A stretch of 64,000 nt of DNA from Asterias rubens. Taxonomy: Eukaryota. The number at the start of each line of letters is the position of its first letter. Within the stretch, counting starts at the first letter, position 1. The DNA lies in assembly GCF_902459465.1 (NCBI RefSeq), contig NC_047066.1, positions 7,750,001 through 7,814,000 on the forward strand. Reading direction: 5' to 3'. The notes below the pieces were generated by a model. The model had not been told where the DNA came from. It saw only the letters and a program-made list of their open reading frames with translations, and ran no database searches. This document shows, one piece after another, positions 1 through 12,400 of the stretch. Position numbers and translations under genes: made by a program.

Positions 1-14
1 CACTTTGGATTTAA

Positions 15-393
15 AGACACTGGACACTATTGGTAATTGTCAAAGACCAGTTTTCTTACTTGGTGTATCTCAACATATACATAAAATAACCAACCTGTGA
101 AAATTTGAGCTCAATCGGTCGTCGAAGTTGCGAGATAATAATGAAAGAAAAAACACCCTTGTCACACAAAGTTGTGTGCTTTCAGATGCTTGATTTCCAG
201 ACCTCAAATTCTAAACTCGAGGTCTCGAAATCAAATTCGTGGGAAAAATACTTCTTTCTCGAAAACTAAGTCACTTCAGAGGGAGCCGTTTCTCCCAATG
301 TTTTATACCATCAACCTCTCCCCATTACTCGTTACCAAGTAAGGTTTTATGCTAATAATTATTTTGAGTAATTACCAATAGTGTCCACTGCCT
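15..393. mobile_element. Kolobok-like non-autonomous DNA transposon, family A
   Basis: TIRs AGACACTGGACACTATTGGTAATT / AATTACCAATAGTGTCCACTGCCT; TTAA on both sides (11-14, 394-397); RR termini. Confidence 0.8.
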
Positions 394-458
394 TTAATAA
401 AGTTTTATCTAATCTAATCTATACACTCCCCTCCATTTCCTCTACCTCTCCCTTGCAG

Positions 459-3400
459 GCTGCCCGTGAGGAGTGGGCTCAGACCCTCTGGGCAAACCTG
501 AACGTCAGCCATCTAGTGGACGGTATCGACACTTTCATCAAGGGCCTGAAGAAACTACCCAGAGAGGTGAAGAGTACTTCCACTGCTCACATGGTAGAGG
601 GGCGCATGAAGGAATTCAAAGATGCCATCCCGCTGTTTGTGGATCTGAAGAACGAGGCGCTTAGAGAAAGGTGACAATATTAGACAAATATAAATTATAA
701 TGGTAATAACTGGATTTATACAGCGCCAAAGGATGCAAGGTGCTTAAAGCCATTGGACCCTTTCGGTACAGAAAAAAAAAAAGTTCACAGATTTACAAAT
801 AACTTACAGGGTTTACAGAAGGTAGTGGTGAAAGACTTCTCTTGAAATATTATTCCATTGAACGCTTTACTTTTTGAGAAAACAGTAAAGCAATATCAAT
901 TCTCAATACTGAGAATTACGGATTTATGTTAAACACATGTCATGACATGGCGAAACGTGCGGAGACAAGGGTGGGTTTTCCTGTTATTTTCTCCCGACTC
1001 TGATGACTGATTGAGCCTAAATTTTCACAGGTTTGTTATTTGATATAGAAGTTGTGATATACAAAGTGTTGGCCTTGGACAATACTGTTTACCGAAAAGG
1101 GTCCAATGGCTTTAAAGGCAGTGGACACTACTGGTAATTACTCAAAATAATTATCATCATAAAACCTCCCCTGATTACGAGTAATGGAGAGAGGTTGATA
1201 GTATAAAACATTGTGAGAAAAGACTCCCTCTGAAGTGACGTAGTTTTCGAGAAAGAAGTAATTTTCCACGAATTTGATTTCGAGACCTCAAGTTTAGAAT
1301 TTGAGGTCTCGAAATCAAGCATCAGAAAGCACACAACTTCGTATGACAAGGGTGTTTTTTCTTTCATTATTATCTTGCAACTTCGACGACCGATTGAGCT
1401 CAAATTTCCACAGGTTTGTTATTTGATGCATATGTTGAGAACCACCAACTGTGAAGACTAGTCTTTGACAATTACCAATAGTGTCCAGTGTCTTTAAGGA
1501 GAAAAAGAAAGATCAATGTGATGGTGGCATCCAGCTACAGGAACAATAGCACTCTTCGATAGAAAAATTTCTTAATCCTTCAAACCAAGTCCCCTGCAAT
1601 TTTCCTGCAGTTGTTTTCATATAAATTCTATAAAATTTGATATGTAAAAGTAATAATAATAGGCAGTTGTTACATTGTGCCTCACATACCTGAGGGCATC
1701 TGAAAGCGCAATCTATTTTATCTGCAAGATATGCAGAGCCAAGTTTAAAATTTACACCCATTAACATAGCACCATAAAACGGTTCACAAGGTGCAAAAAC
1801 CAAAAACCAAACAAGAATTACTTAATTGGTGTCCCAAAAAGTCCTTTGGAGTTTGATTTAACGCAGTTGCTAAACGCATTCAATTCCGCACTCTTGTTCA
1901 TACATACAAGTCTCTCAACAACCTGTCTCCGAGTTACCTCTCATCTCTACTTCATACCAGGAAGACTTCTTCGTACTGTCTTCGCTCCTCTGTCGGAGGA
2001 TGTCTTCAAGTTCCCAAATCTCGTAAACAGGCTGGTGACCAAGCTTTTTCTGTCTCTGCCCCAAGGCTATGGAATAACCTTCCCGCTCATGTTAGAAGTT
2101 CAACTGGTCTCACCCCTTTTAAAAAGGCCCTCAAGACTCATCTTTTCTCTGCTCGCATGTAATCTGGGTTTCTCAAGTGTACCCCCCCCCCCCCCAACCC
2201 TGCCCTTCTGGCTCTCTGTTCTTTTCATTTTCGAGCGCTTTGCATCCTCTGGTAAAAGGCGCTATACAAATGTCATGTTTATTATTATTTATTTAATTAT
2301 TCTAACTACTGACCTCTGACCCCTTGACAGACATTGGAAGGAGTTGATGCAGAAGACAGGCAAGTCATTTGACATGAACCCAGACACCTTCACCTTGGAG
2401 AACCTGTTTGCGATGGAGCTGCATAACTACAAAGACGTCATTGGGGATATTGTCACCAGCGCCTCTAAGGAATTGAGTATTGAAAAGGTAAAGTAACTGC
2501 TGCCAAAGGCAAAGTATACTTTTGGTTTTGGGAACCAGTCAGTTTCGTTTTATTTAAAGATTGAAGATTAAAAATATTTTATTGTCATGATAAAAAGCAT
2601 GAAATTCGTGTTCCCTGTTAATAAGGGGAATACATACACGTAATGAGTACAGGCATAACAACAATAGACAACAAGAATCATATATAAATACAAGAAAACT
2701 AACCTCTGATAATTTCGTTTTGAAAGGCGGCAGTGTTTTTTAGACATTGCCAAAATTCCGGAGTGATTAACCTCTAACTTCTAACCAAAAGTTCCCTTTG
2801 CAAAGTGAAAAACAGCCTTGGCCTCTCAAAGTTGAAATTCCCGTCCCGTTAACAACTAAAGAATTGTCTATGCAGGGCATCAAGGAAGTGAGTGACGTCT
2901 GGGACAACATGAAGTTCAACGTCAACAAGTACATGAAGGGCACCCAGGAGAGAGGGTACATCCTAGGGGCGGTGGACGAGGTCCTGCAGAACCTGGACGA
3001 TAACTCCATGAACCTACAGAGCATGTCCGCATCTCGATTCATCGGTCCCTTCCTGAACACCGTCCAGACCTGGGAGAAGAGTCTGTCACTCATTGGGGAA
3101 GTTCTGGAGGTGAGTCTCCAAGACACTGGTAGCTCTGTTTAATACAGGGATGTGGTTTCTCTGTTTTCAATCGAAAAATCGCAGGTCGCAGTTTTGCATG
3201 TCTTGCTCAGCCAATGTGTCTTTGTTCACCTGAAAATTTATATTCATAAATACCTAAGACAGTTTATCTATTCTGATTGGTCAGAGTAAAAAGTGTTATA
3301 ACATGGGCGTGACTCGCGTTCTTGCACCTGTGTGTATTAGACAGTTTCTTCATTCCTTTTGGTTGAGAGCAACGGCTGAAACAGTTTTGCAATATCACGC

Positions 3401-6400
3401 GATGCCTGTGACGCGCACAGCATCTCCTTATAAGGAGTTGTTTACCCGATCGGGCCGAGGGCCTAACCATTTCATAGCTGGAGGGTGTTGTGTTGAAAGA
3501 AAACACTGAATAATTATAATTTTTGCATTTATTTTACCTTGTGACCAAAGGTGTTGATGTTTTTTTACCGTAAAGATATATAAGAATGGGAATCAAATTG
3601 TGTTGAATCGGTTTTCAACAAGTGGTTTGAACCCGCCGAGGCCTGGTTCTTGATAATTTACCTCGACTTTGTCACGGTAAAATTATCAAGAACCAGGCCT
3701 CGTTGGGATTAAACCACTAGTTGAAAACCTCTTCACCACACATTGATTCCCTTATTTAACCCTTTAGAGACCATAGCGGCTGCAAGCGGCTTGTACCAAA
3801 ATGCCCCGAGCAGCCGCAAACGGCTCCAATATTTCTTGACCAACTTTTGACGCAGTGTAAAACTCTACCCTAATTATTTTGCTAGGTTTGGATGGTTGTA
3901 CAGCGTAAATGGATGTACTTGGAGAGTATCTTCATCGGTGGTGACATCAGATCCCAGCTGCCTGAAGAGGCCAAGAAGTTTGACGCCATCGATAAGACAT
4001 TCAAGAAGGTACATAGTTTAGCATTATTATATGAAATATTTGCCTTATTCAAGCCAAAACATTGTGTCCTAATGGCTTTTATAAGCAAAAGCTTTAATAG
4101 ATGTTTTTTGTGTGTTTGTTTTGGGTTTTTGGTTTTATCAAGCAAAAGCTCTTTAACAATTTCAAGTGGTTGTCCACGACTCGAAGGCCAGTTATATGAG
4201 CATTGGGCCAGTAATTTGTCTGGACAAGTCCGGTGGTCTTGTTTTTGACACTTTCATAGTATTTCTTCACTGCATTAAAACTTTTAACGAAATGAAAAGA
4301 TGTTCAAATATTGACTTGGACTTTGAATCCAATAAATCGCAGTGTGCTTACCATACCCATCAGACAAATGAGATTAGTTTAAGTCTTTTTGTAAGTGTCG
4401 TTAAAAAAAAAAAAGCATTTTAAAACACTCGGTTCTCATTTTTATTTTGGTCAAAATAATGCTTGTCCAGTATAAATGTTGAACTTCAAGCCCTGCAGTG
4501 TTATGTTTTTTTTCACCCAAACTCAACCCCTATTGAAATTTTTCACTTAATAGTTGCATCCTTTATTGTAATACTTTTTTTTCGAACATTGTCATGAATT
4601 TCTTTTACTTCTTTCCATCATTAATTTTCGTTTCACCTGCTCCACCCCCCCAGATCATGCAAGACACAACGGCCAACCCCCGCATCAAGGATGCCTGCCA
4701 CGTCCCCAACCGCCTGCAGGATCTAGAGATGATCAGTACGGGTCTGGAGCGATGCCAGAAGAGTCTCAACGACTACCTGGACTCCAAGAGGAATGCCTTC
4801 CCAAGGTTCTTCTTCATCTCGGATGACGAGCTGCTCTCCATCTTGGGAAGCAGTGACCCAACCTGCGTTCAGGAGCACATCATTAAGGTTGGTGTTAGAT
4901 TCAATATTGGCTGCGTAAGATTAGCTTCCCCGGGTAGACCCCAGTGAGCTCATCGGGGGGAGCCCCTGACATGAACTAATCAAACGCAAACTTTACCCGG
5001 CATTCACAGCAAAGCCTCTTGTGTCAGCTGACCATAACTACTTTCACTGTGTGCATTATGTCCGTGGATTCACAAATAGACTGTAAAATAAATATTCTCA
5101 AGGTAAAACAAAATAATCATTCAAAATAATAAATTCAAAATAATCATTCTCACTATCAAGGCACTCCAAGGTTCAGCCCCACTCTATATTCAAAACCTGT
5201 TGACTCCCCGTACTACAAGACCGGGTCTTAGATTCACCAGCAACATGCTCCTTGTTCCCCGGTCTCGTCTAGCCAGCTACGGGGACAGGGGGTTTTCCAT
5301 TACAGCACCCAGGCTCTGGAATTCACTCCCTGAAAACCTCAGGGAAATCCATGACATCTCCATCTTTCAGCATCAACTTAAGACACACCTGTTCACACTT
5401 GCTTTCCCCAACACTTGAGAATTTTCCCTCTTTCCATCTTGACCGGCGCCTTTGAATGGTTTTTCACCAGATTTAGCGCGCCTTTATAAATGCTGTGTTA
5501 TTATTATTATTATTAAAACAGCAACGTTCAATTATTTTACAAGCCCGTGTTGATTCAAAAGTACTTGACTTTGAATTTTAAAAACCTGAATGCTTGTTTT
5601 GAAGGGTGAAAATGTGTGTCAAACTTTCTTATACAAAAATAATAATGAACCAATGGTGGCCATTGATATACTTTCATCAAGACGCCATTCACCTCGGGTC
5701 AGCCCCATGTGACCTGCTCCTCAACAAGGGTTCTTGGGGGTGAGCAAATCAAACGCAGCCAATGTGCCATGAGTTTATGCTACCAGCGCTCACTTTTTAA
5801 TTAAGAGCAATATATACTCTCAATTAATCTCAGATGTATGACAACATCGCCTCACTGCGTCTACAAGAAGGCAACAACAAGGAGACTCTGGTGTCTGCCA
5901 TGGTGTCGGCCGAGGGTGAAGTGATGGAGTTCCGACAGAACATCCCGGCCGAAGGACGCGTAGAGGACTGGATGACCAACGTCCTGGTAGAGATGAGACG
6001 AACCAACAGGCTAATTACTAAGGAGGCCGTCTTTACATACTGTGCCGATAACATCGACAGGTACGTGAATGAATCACTTAGCAGCTTGCGAAGAGATGCT
6101 AAAAATGATTTTGTTTACGACCTCCCCCCTTTACTATTAATCTAGATATTGGTCTACACACAGAATTTGTTTGGGCAAGTTCAAGCTACAACATTTCTCT
6201 ATACTCTCAGCAAAATAACTGCTAACAAGACTTGCCCCCTTTACCGTGTTTTTTGTCTTATCTACATTAATACAAGATGAAACAGAATGAACTGATGAAC
6301 TATTCAAAAAAAGAAAAAAAATTCCTACACCTTTAATCAGCCATATGATGCAAGAGAAACGTTTGTTTATTGTTGTTTCTTTTTCTCCCTTCTTCAGGGT

Positions 6401-9400
6401 GCAATGGATGTACAAGTATCAGGGTATGATCGTCCTAGCCACTAACCAGGTCTGGTGGACGTGGGAAGTAGAAGACGTCTTCAATAAGGTGATCAAGCTA
6501 GGAGATAAGATGGCGATGAAGAAGTACGCCAAGAAGATGCATCAACAGATCAACGATCTTGTGGTTCAGGTATTGATCGTGTTATTATTTCATTTTATCA
6601 CAGCATGTAAAAGAAAGATCACATTTTCCTTTGTGCCTGTTACTCCTCGAGTCGGGCTATGTTCCGTAACTTTAGATCTTGAGGTTTTTTTTTCAGGATC
6701 CTTGCTGTTCCCCAAAGCACCGCATTCTGTAACAGATCTATTCTCACATTTATCCCTATTTTGTCTAAATGTTTCCATAGTGCTTTCCGAATGGTTCTAA
6801 GCGCTCCAACCACCACGGGTGCTACTTTTACTTTCACCTGCCAAATCTTACAAAGTTCCTTGGCCAGATCTTGGTACTTTTGGATCTTGTCCATCTCTTT
6901 CGAAGCTACCCTTATAACTCCCGGCACAGCTATGTCAATGAGATGACACATTTTCTTTTTGTCATTTACTCATCTTCATTTTGTCTTTGTCCCAGGTGCG
7001 ATCCCCTTTGTCCAATAATGATCGTAAGAAGTACAACAGTGTCCTGATCATTGATGTACATGCCAGAGATATCATCGATGGCTTCGTCAGAGACAGGTAA
7101 CCGCTGATTTAACAGTGACTAGAATAAGTATTGTCGTCTAGTTGCTGAACTCTAGTTCTGAATGGCCAGTGGAAACTGGCCGTTTAAGACCTTGTTGCAA
7201 CTCTGTTAATCCCTTATTATAGCCCCAACATTTGGTTTCATACTTAATGTCTTCCCTTCATTCTGTGAAATACCATAAAATAAGTTCACAATTTCAAGAG
7301 GAGAAAAAAGTCAAAGACTAATTATTTTGATGGGGGGGGGGGGCAACAGAAATTAATTTCTAAATCCATATTGTTTTAATCATGCAAAAGACTGAAATGG
7401 TGTTCATTTAAAAAATGTAAATAAAAACAACACTTTTTAAAAGTTTTCAGATTTTCAGGTACCAGTCTATTCTTTCTCATTTCAGTATCTTAGACGCCAG
7501 GGAGTTTGAATGGGAGAGCCAGCTGCGATTCTACTGGGACAGGGAACCAGACGAGCTGAATGTCAGACAGTGTACGGGAACCTTCGGCTATGGTTACGAG
7601 TACATGGGACTGAACGGTCGGCTGGTCATCACACCGCTGACCGACAGAATCTATCTTACACTTACTCAGGTACTGGAAGCGTGTCTGAAAGTTTTGTTAT
7701 CTGTCTCTTCATCAATTTGGGAATCAAAACCGTTGTGCACAATTTTGACTCTCAAAATAAAGACAAGATGTAAGGCACGTGTAAGTGCGCTGCCCATTGT
7801 GCAAGGGATCTATAGAGGGGAATGTTTATTGTTTATGCAGTCCTCATTAGGCGAGTCTTGAGGGAAGTTTTGAACAAAGCCAGCGATGGAAACCAAGTTT
7901 AATACGATCCGGTAACTTGTTCCACAATGAAGGAACAGCAAAAGTACCATCACATCTGCGCCATGCAACTACACCTGGACACTTCAAGAAACTATTTAAG
8001 ACTCATTTATACAGAAATGCTTTACTGTTCTATTTGACTTTAGGAACATCTTGAGTTTGGACTTTTTTTGTCGCATCTTCTGTGGACGCTTTGCACCTTG
8101 TAACTGTAGGGAAAAACGCGCCTGATATAAATGCTGATATGTATGTATGCATGATTCGAAGTAAATGCTCTTTGACCCCATGATGTAAAACTTACCGTGG
8201 ATTTATTGTGATTTTTGGTTGTAGGCTTTGTCCATGCAGCTTGGTGGTGCTCCTGCAGGCCCAGCGGGTACTGGGAAGACTGAGACCACTAAGGATCTAG
8301 CCAAGGCATTGGGTCTTCTCTGTGTTGTCACGAACTGTGGTGAGGGTATGGATTACAAGGTAAGGTTGCTCATATTATTCTCTGTCTCTTTGTAAATTTC
8401 AGGCATGATAGTCTTCCTACTTTAGGCTACAGATGTAATTTGATTTTGTCCTTGAAAACATCCGAAAAGTTGTGATGAAATAGCCTGGATGATGTTCTAA
8501 AGCCTACATTTTGGTCAGCCCTTTTACTAAATAAAATGTTCCTACTTTTTTTTTTTTTTTTAAGAGAGGTTAAAATATTACATCTTTTCTCAAAACTTTT
8601 AAAAGCTCACTTCTTGTTCAATGATTTTGATATTTTTTCATTCATTCATTCGTTTTGTTTTAGTACTGTTTTATCTTAAACTGAAGCCAAGTTAATGTCG
8701 CTTATATCCTTCTCTGTCTGTCCAGTTCAAAATTTCTATTCAAAAGCTCACTTCTTGTTAAGTTAATTTGTAGGATGTCAAACTTTGTGTTGTCAAAGTA
8801 TTATTAGATGAGGTTTGTGGAAACATGTGAAAATCTCATTTTGAGTAGTGTGGGTTCTGAAAACAACCTGCGGTTGATAGCTGAACGTCTTGAGTAGACT
8901 GCTGGACCCTGGATGCTGCTTTTAAAAGTACTGCCTTGTTGCAGATTGGGCTGGCTTAGCTCGGCAGCCAACATCTGAATTTTTTGTTAAACAAGTAAAC
9001 AAGGCCGAAAAACCACAGGCTTCATAGTGTTACTGAAAACTTCTTTAGATTTATTAACTTTTGGTTTTATCCATATACACCGATGTGTGTTAGCACTGTA
9101 TACTCGGTACTTACTCTGTCAACAAAATCAAAGGCATAATACTTGGGTGGGATTCGAATCCACAACCTTTGCATCTAGAGCAGTGTCTTGCCAACTAGAC
9201 CACCGAGATTGCCCGATAGCTAGAGGCAGTTTGAATCCTATATTTTATCGGCGGGTACCGCAACGATTTAATTCTTTAGATTTGATAGTTTATATAATTA
9301 TGTTTTCTCCCCAGGCGGTTGGTAAGATCTTCTCGGGTCTAGCTCAGTGCGGCGCCTGGGGATGCTTTGATGAGTTCAACCGTATCGACGTCTCTGTCCT

Positions 9401-12400
9401 GTCAGTCATCTCCTCCCAGATCCAGACCATTAGGAACGCTCTCATTCACAACCTCAAGAAGTTCCAGGTCGGTAACATCTTCAATGTCCACTTATTTTGA
9501 GAAAGTCTGCCAACGTCGTAGGGTGTCATGGCCTTGTGGTTTAAAGCTTCAAATTCAAGGTTCTGGGCCCAATTTTATAATTAGAGTTAGAATTATAAAT
9601 GGTTTATTAGCCAATGATTAAAAACAATCACAGGAATTTGAAGTATTGGACTCGTATCATAAGAAGTAGTCATCTTAAAATACAATACAAACAAACTTTT
9701 GAGCAGAAATACTGCTTGACAAATTTCTTTGCTAAGCAAAAACCGAGTGGGGCACCAAATCACAACAATATAAACTTCATGCAATTTTGGCTGGTAACCT
9801 GTTTCTGCTAAGCAATACTTTTCTGTGCTTAGCAAGTTTTTGTGCACACAGGCTTACTGCTGGGTAATTCATCAGGATGTAGGTTCAAATCCCGGTCATA
9901 ACACTTGTGATTGGGTTTAAAAATTTGCTATAGCTGGACTTGTAACTTGTGACCTCCAGATTAAAGTGGCAGAGTTTCATTTACTGAGCAATCTAGCCCT
10001 TTGTTGGCGGTCTCCCCGTTTTGTTTTGTGTTTTTGTAAACAATGGATGCATCAAGATTTTGTATTCGCTGATGTAATTTGCTGGTGCATATTCGTTGAC
10101 AGTTTGAAGGCAATGAAATCACCATGGACAATCGTATGGGTATTTTCATCACCATGAACCCTGGCTACGCTGGACGTACCGAGCTACCAGAGAGTGTCAA
10201 GGCCCTGTTCAGACCCGTCGTCGTCATCGTACCGGATCTCGGTCAGATCTGTGAGATCATGTTGTTCTCTGAGGGATTCATTCTTGCCAAGGTATGACTG
10301 TCGATTAATTTGTTCATAAATTTCTTTTTCAGGAGAGTTATTGGTTTATTTTTAATAAAAACACCATCCATAAATATAATAATCTGTCTGTCCAATTTCC
10401 AAGAAACCAGTGTGTAGCAGTTCAAGTTTTGTTAGGGACTTCGTTCATGTTTGTTTTCTTCTTCTTCTTATTTCGAATAGAAGAAGAAAAAACAATTTTG
10501 GGGAACTGTTTTCTCTGAATATTGTACACAAGATTGTTTGATTTATTGTTCAAATTTCACACCAAAAGGGCTTAGAAAATAGAATTTGCTGTTGCAAACT
10601 GCTTTCCAGCCTAAAGGACCTATGGTATAATTGACAAACAAATATTTAGCGGCCTGATGTTTGGACCCTAGCAAAGTCTTTTTTTTCGAAGGCTATAAAG
10701 GGATGTCTTCTTTTTCCAGAAACACATATTTTTTTAATGTTGCTGTTAAATAATCCCCATTTTTTTTTTCAAAGGTGACATTTACAGCATTTTAATAATA
10801 TTTTGTTCACATTGTCTCGTGTTAGGTCCTCGCTAAGAAGATGACAGTTCTGTACAAGCTGGCCAAGGAACAGCTCTCCAAACAGTACCATTATGACTTT
10901 GGACTGCGTGCCCTCAAGTCTGTACTGGTCATGGCCGGTGAGCTCAAGAGAGGATCCCCAGATCTGTCTGAGGTAAGAAAAGAAGTTTCAGACCCCTGAC
11001 GTATGACGTCACAAGCTCAAACAGGGCCCTTGCTTTGGTCAAAGGAAGAACTATCAGTGGCTGGGAGTTACGTGCGGCGAGTACATGCACGCATGTTTTC
11101 ATTGTTTGATAGGTCTCTTTTTTTTTTCTTTTTTTTTTATTATTATATATATGCAAGTCACCAGATACACAAGGCCTGAAGGCCACTTCAAGGTGTGGGC
11201 TACAATCAACTATTTTTCCAGGGGCCGTTGCCACCTGCTCCTAGGGCTGGAATAGAGTTACCCCCTTTACAGTCCATATGGATGTAGGCTTCGGTATCAT
11301 CCAGCAGAAGCCCAGCTGGTAGAGCAGAAAGCACTACCTCCCTAACTTTATGTGTTATCCACCTAGGGTTGAAAATAGTCTCAAAGCTGATCTGGCTTAA
11401 ATTTTTACTTTCATTGCATACTTTGACTTTTCAAGTTTATCTTGAAATGCTGTGATTTATACTATATGAATATGAATGTAACATCCGGTGTTCCTTCCGC
11501 CTCCCCCTTCCCCCAGGATGTAGTGTTAATGAGAGCTCTACGTGACATGAACCTCCCCAAGTTTGTCTTTGAGGATGTACCCCTCTTCCTGGGTCTCATC
11601 TCGGATCTCTTCCCTGGGTTAGACTGCCCTCGTGTGAGATATCCCAATTTCAACGACGCCGTGGAGGCAGCGCTGACTGAACAGAATTACATTATGCTTG
11701 ACCACCAGGTAAGAGTTTTTTTTTTTCAACAAAATGTTTCCTCGGCTTTGCTTCAAAGGAATACTAAACCAGGAATAAGATTTCTCTATCTTTACTGGAA
11801 ATAAAAAAAAATTTACAAACAAAAACAATGTTTTTTTAATAATGAAGATCAAATTCATAAAAACATGAAGATAAAATTATGTAGAACCATCTAGATTGCC
11901 CCAGATTACAGGGTCAGGCTCTTAAAACCAAAGATAAATGTTTGTAAGCAGGCTTCGTACTTGTAAGCTTTCACGCTCACAAGCTTTTGCGCTTGCAAGC
12001 TTTTTTTTTTTCAACATCGGCAGCCTATCACTCTGGGGATCCCCTTTGGGAAGTCACAGTTTTTAGCATGTAGCCCTTGAAGCAGTCAATGGTTGTATGC
12101 AAGCAATCACCTGATGTTCTGATTGAAATTGTAATTTTCATTACGTGCAGGTTGACAAAGTAGTACAGATGTATGAGACGATGTTGACTAGACACACAAC
12201 AATGGTGGTTGGACCAACTGGTGGTGGCAAGACTGTGGTTATCAATGCACTTGCACAGGCACAAACGAAGTAAGTAGCTGTGGTCATCCTTGCTGTTAGT
12301 TTCAATGTTCCCAGTTTCTCTGTTTGTGTTTACAGTTTTCACCTGTATTTTTTTACTTCTTACTTTAGTTGTAGCCTTGGATTTAGGCTTTTGTACCTTA

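Noticed and set aside
1128-1403. Recurrent ORFs beginning MSSIGRRSC (also 31291, 37221, 42644, 52192)
   Set aside because: They are translations of the non-coding Kolobok-like family A body, and frames and stops differ among copies.
9140-9230. tRNA gene
   Set aside because: D and T arms are present but there is no valid anticodon or acceptor stem; the sequence is repeated with a shared tail, so it is a SINE head.
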